Source: a virus
Taxonomy: Duplodnaviria > Caudoviricetes
Virus record (IMG/VR): IMGVR_UViG_3300021400_001287
Location: 27,209 to 91,208 of that record
Reading direction: 5' to 3' (one strand)
Length of the DNA stretch: 64,000 nucleotides
In this document: one piece after another, positions 59,806 to 64,000 of the stretch
Layout: each line of letters starts with the position of its first letter
How positions within the stretch are numbered: position 1 is the stretch's first letter
Made by a program: the position numbers and the translations under genes
The notes under the pieces: generated by a model
The model's input: the letters and a program-made list of their open reading frames with translations, nothing else
What the model was told of the DNA's origin: nothing
Databases searched by the model: none

Positions 59806-59949
59806 ATGCTGCCGATGAATTTTCGTGTAGCGATATGGGGCATATAGCTTGGCTAGAACACATTGCCCACCGTGTTGCATCGCAAAGTTCGTGAGAACAG
59901 TCTCTGGCATGTTGCTACCAAAGTCTGTGAAACGTTACTGATGCTGTAA
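59806..59949 (+). CDS. 47-aa hydrophobic peptide (type I toxin-like); TAGs at 59845 and 59854
   Basis: GGAGGTG RBS 5 nt upstream; promoter TTGATA-17-TATGAT (59701-59729); MLPMNFRVAIWGI*LG*NTLPTVLHRK... Confidence 0.5.
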
Positions 59950-60007
59950 TACGGCTCGCACTAAAACTGGCTGTGTGCCGAAGCACCGCGATGCCGGGTT
60001 GAATTAA

Positions 60008-60114
60008 AGTGTGGGTGTGGATTTGCACCACACAAGTCGAGATGGACGTGGGTCTGACGTCTCGGATCACTCCCACAGCTTTGCCATTGCGTCTACCTAT
60101 TCCGCCACCACACT
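60008..60114 (-). ncRNA. tRNA-like RNA with an expanded central domain
   Basis: Acceptor AGTGTGG/CCACACT, D arm GCGGAATAGGTAGACGC, T arm TGTGG-TGCAAAT-CCACA, ~55-nt insert, no encoded CCA. Confidence 0.65.
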
Positions 60115-60115
60115 A

Positions 60116-60192
60116 TGGAGCCAGCGATGGGATTTGAACCCATGACTCCGGGTTTACAAGACCCGCACTCTAGCCAACTGAGTTACGCTGGC
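60116..60192 (-). tRNA. tRNA-Thr(UGU)
   Basis: GCCAGCG/CGCTGGC acceptor, CGGGT-CT TGT AA-ACCCG anticodon arm, TTCAAAT loop, encoded CCA. Confidence 0.93.
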
Positions 60193-61073
60193 AAGATACC
60201 AGATGCACAGAAACGGCACGTAAGCCACGGTCGTTCTGAATCTGGCGATTTATCAAGATACTCGGTATAGTGCTCGATATCTGTTGCTCCGATCTGTGTC
60301 AAAAATTCGATCATCTCATTCATGAACAACAACGTTCCATCACATGTGCAATATAGATGCAAACATCGGTCTTCATCAAGATAAGCGTCGTGGTGATCCA
60401 GGAACTCTGTCACAGTCATCGAGTATAACCTCCGGTTTTACTTTTGCTCGTCTCACGCCCCAGATGAGCATCTTACACAATAGTCTCGTATCAAAGAGAC
60501 TGTGTCGATACCATCGTTTCGCTTGTCTATATTTATCGTTCATAGCTCGATCTCCTCAAATACACCATCTGGGCCCCACCGATAAGCATGTTCGCCACAT
60601 ATAACAATTATCTCGGCTGGATGATGCTTTCTATATTTGAGTTTCTGTCTATATCGATCATTCATCTGGGCCACAACTTTCTCACCAATCGGACCCAATA
60701 ACGCAACGTGAGTTTCCATTGGTATTTAAAGTCTTGTTTGCCATATTTATGGCAACTTCTCTCTACCAAGCGAAAGCGATCGTTCATACAACACCATCTC
60801 CGCTTCGATGTGTCTCATGAGTTTGGAAAAGTATAACTTGCACAACGCATCGTCGTCATCGTGATAAACCCATATGACACGCGCTACTGCTCGCGCCACT
60901 TGTCTACCTCTCATGTTCGGCATCTTTCTCCTCCGGCCAGTACTTTTCTCTCCCATACTTCGTGTTGCGCAAATTTCTGTACTTGTCTCTCATCGGACAT
61001 TTCGTCGACTGTCGGTTGCATCCATCACACCATAGAGCTGACTTCGACCATGCAACACATTTACGACGACGTT

Positions 61074-61409
61074 TCATATGGCAACCAAATCGGGGTGATC
61101 GTAGATATTGCCGACAACTTCCAGATTGCTGTCCTCAAGTGAATAACGACGCGGATACATCTTATTGTCTCGTTCGTATTTGCAAATAAAAGCACTGTCT
61201 TCAAATGATACGGGACAGTTTTTGATTTGACCGGTGTATATCCGTTTTCTTACAATGTCACCTTCATAGATAGCAACGCCATGTTTGTCGCGACAACCGG
61301 TGAATTGCCCGAGAGTAAATACGTCGCCATCCGGCAATTTCTCACCGATGGTAAAATACAGCCATTTACTATGATCTTTGCTCTTGATCCGAAAAGTCAA
61401 GTCTCTCAT
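61074..61409 (-). CDS. YopX-family protein
   Basis: 'LGQFTGCRDKHGVAIYEGDIV...EVVGNIYDHPDL'. Confidence 0.9.
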   Translation of the reverse strand: MRDLTFRIKSKDHSKWLYFTIGEKLPDGDVFTLGQFTGCRDKHGVAIYEGDIVRKRIYTGQIKNCPVSFEDSAFICKYERDNKMYPRRYSLEDSNLEVVGNIYDHPDLVAI

Positions 61410-62422
61410 ATTTCTCCTCCGGGTGCTTGTCTCTCATCTTATACCGTCTATTTCTCTCACACCAAGTACACGATCCGTGGTTCCGACACGTCGCATCTAC
61501 CGCTTTCGCTTTGCTGTACGGTCGTCTCTTTTCTTTGCCATGTCGAATTGTTTTGTCCAAACTCACGCAATACCCACCGACATTCGCCGTTCTTTGTCCC
61601 AGGCGTACGTCTCGATCAGGATGTCCGGACCGCCATGTCTGTCGAGATCACACCACACACACACAATGCAATCGGGGAGATCGTCATACCCGTTACAAAC
61701 CCACGCAACGGTCGCATCGTACAACTCGCCGATGATCTGGATACTCGGTTCAGAGCCATACATCTCTTTGAAATAGTCCATCAAGAACTGCTTCACGTCT
61801 TCGTTTTTATCGATAAACCCGCGATACTTGGTACGCCACTCTTCTTTGGTTATCGTAATACTTTTCTTCATTCTGCCACCCTCTCAAACAACACGGAATT
61901 AAACCAGTATCTCAGCCCCTGGACTTTGATGTGACTCTCGTTTTTGCCAATCTGGATTGTGTCGACCACATATGTATTGCCACGTGCCAGATACTTTTCA
62001 GCCATTATCTGTGCAGATTTGGTACCATTCGTCGGAAACACGTACCGGATCTTGTCGTTGCGTCTGGAAAACAGAGCATTGTGCAATTCGCCAGCGCATT
62101 CAGCGCAACGCCATTTGTCGCTCGGCATGAACTCAATTTCGACACCGTCCAGTTCTCGTCCGCAAACAGAGCAATTCAGCATAACCCATCCTCCAATTAT
62201 CTTTGAAAAGTGTTGAAATTACGTATGGAAAAGTGTTGAAAAGTGCAAAAACTCGTACGAAAAAATGTACCGGATGCCACCTTTGCTGACGCCGTCCGGT
62301 GCGGCGGACACATCATCTATCATTGCCACAGCAAGGTCGACTCGTCGAGATATATCGTTTCACCCGATCGGTGCAATGCTGTGGACCCGCTTCTGGATTG
62401 TGTCGAGTCCATGTCACGAGGT

Positions 62423-62704
62423 TTATTCCATCAGACATCTCGTCTCGTCTTCTACGACCATGTTCTCCCACTTCTTGTACACGTCCAGGTACGTCTCTCG
62501 CTTATCGCCATTGTGCGTCACTTCATAATAGATGCCGTCACGGACATTGGTCGACACGAGCGCTTTCCAATTTTGCAATGTCTTACAGAACCAGACGATG
62601 AAGATGTCACTCATCTCCAGCGGCGGATCGGTCACGTCACGGTGATTATTGAAATAGTTGTGAACAACGCGCTTGGCCATGTTTAGCATTTGCTCATCTG
62701 TCAT
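62423..62704 (-). CDS. DUF6275-like phage protein
   Basis: 'IVWFCKTLQNWKALVST...YYEVTHNGDKRETYLDVYKKWEN'. Confidence 0.8.
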   Translation of the reverse strand: MTDEQMLNMAKRVVHNYFNNHRDVTDPPLEMSDIFIVWFCKTLQNWKALVSTNVRDGIYYEVTHNGDKRETYLDVYKKWENMVVEDETRCLME

Positions 62705-63212
62705 GTTGTTCTCCTTTACCCAACGGGATACACAATAGCTCCGCTCCAATTCGACCATGCCCAACCAGACTATATTGCAACGACGGTTTGATGTGGATGA
62801 CATCTGTCCGCAGCGCAGTGCATGTATTCGGGAATATTTTCACACTGCATCCACCAGCCAGCACGTAGAACACGATGTCCACGTTATGATAGACAGGTGT
62901 CTCTTCATACGGCGCAAGTCGCAAAAAGTACGGCGACCGCGCTCCCGCATCTGGAGCGATGTCAGCAATTTGCCCGTCGAATTGGAACTCTTCTTTTGAA
63001 AATACAAACTGTTCTTTCATCGGCTCCTTGAAGAAGTCGACCATGGAAACCTGCAATGCCGACAGTATACGCGAGAGTGTGTCGACCGTAGGACTGACGA
63101 CGCCGCGTTCGATCATCGAAATGAACTCACGCGAGACACCGCATTGTGTTGCCAACTCGTCCATAGTTAACCCACGCGCCAGTCGCATTGCTCTCATCTT
63201 TTCACCGATCAT
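62694..63212 (-). CDS. XRE-family HTH plus degenerate cupin regulator
   Basis: 'IGEKMRAMRLARGLTMDELATQCGVSREFISMIERG..SPTVDTL' plus a cupin-like 'FYVLAG...IHI' segment. Confidence 0.75.
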   Translation of the reverse strand: MIGEKMRAMRLARGLTMDELATQCGVSREFISMIERGVVSPTVDTLSRILSALQVSMVDFFKEPMKEQFVFSKEEFQFDGQIADIAPDAGARSPYFLRLAPYEETPVYHNVDIVFYVLAGGCSVKIFPNTCTALRTDVIHIKPSLQYSLVGHGRIGAELLCIPLGKGEQHDR

Positions 63213-64000
63213 GTCACTCGTCACCAAACGGATGGTTGTGCGCAAACTCACCGGGAGCCACTTCAGCCACGTACTTCTCGATGAACTCGATCATCTCATC
63301 TTCTTCGGGGAAGAACGGGTCTCTGCCAGCATGAGCCATTTCGCCGAGGCAATTCATCATCAGCTGACCGAAACGCCAGTCGGGGACTCTGCTCCATGCA
63401 GCGGCAAGCCGGTTACAAAACTTATAGATTCTTTTTTCGTCTCGCATATTTACCTCCGCGAATTACATCTACGACCAGAATAGCGCCAAGAACGACGATC
63501 AATAAGAACAGTACCGGCAACACATACTGGATGAAGAAGTCGATCCACCAGACCAGATCCATTTTAAATATCAAAGCCATAGTCGACCTCCGTTAAGCAC
63601 TTCTTGCAGATAAACTCGTTTGTGTCGATCACTTCATACCCCAAGCTCTCATACTCGCCACAGACACTGCACTGTCTCACCTTGACAACGTCGGCGCTGT
63701 GGCAATATGGACAACCGTCCCACGACGGTGGATCGGCATCCGGCTCAAGCTGCCATCGTATAAATACTTGCGGTCGTACAGATATTGCACCACAATTAAG
63801 ACACCGGATCATCGGGCTCCTCCATCGGGTCGATCAGATCGAGGACATCAGCGTCCCGCGTGATACGCCAGCCAGTGCCGTGTTCCACCCATCTCTGAGC
63901 GACGAAATTGCCAAAGTCTTCTAACCCCAGCCGGCGTCGCAACATATTTGCTACGACCGACGGCAGATGATATGCCGAACTGCTGGCAAGATCAGTAGCC

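Noticed and set aside
1-64000. Phage-encoded release factor, aminoacyl-tRNA synthetase or DNA polymerase/helicase supporting the recoding
   Set aside because: None is recognisable in this window; they may lie elsewhere in the genome.

Overview
This window is a 64-kb slice of a temperate, long-tailed (siphovirus-like) dsDNA phage, probably infecting a Bacillota/Clostridia host (inferred from strong GGAGG RBSs, sigmaA-type promoters, a phiLC3-type holin and YopX). The layout is: leftward early genes (1-10.0 kb); an AT-rich non-coding control region (10.2-12.3 kb); rightward small middle genes (12.3-22.9 kb); a complete packaging-head-tail-lysis module (23.0-57.3 kb); attP, integrase and HNH (57.5-59.5 kb); an RNA-rich block (59.7-60.2 kb); and further leftward genes. 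The main result is that the late genes are split in the standard-code ORF track by about 34 in-frame TAG codons. The protein contexts point to TAG = LEUCINE rather than the TAG = Gln known from recoded gut phages (examples: KP*DEFY, D*DWSEI, N*NG, VKA*AA, WTV*D, NPTG*SY, YVA*, and two sites in membrane proteins). The phage also encodes a CUA-anticodon tRNA with a tRNA-Leu body (22949-23028) at the entrance to the late module. The TAGs cluster in the first ~40 codons of genes, which suggests a one-tRNA 'amber gate' on late expression. Other notable items are a low-GC SGNH tail-fibre tip flanked by inverted sites with different cores next to a second tyrosine recombinase, a type-I-toxin-like folded mRNA whose peptide also needs TAG readthrough, a tRNA-like RNA without a normal anticodon arm, and an attP carrying a promoter plus the 5' half of tRNA-Ser(CGA). 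Family assignments come from motif recognition, not from database searches.
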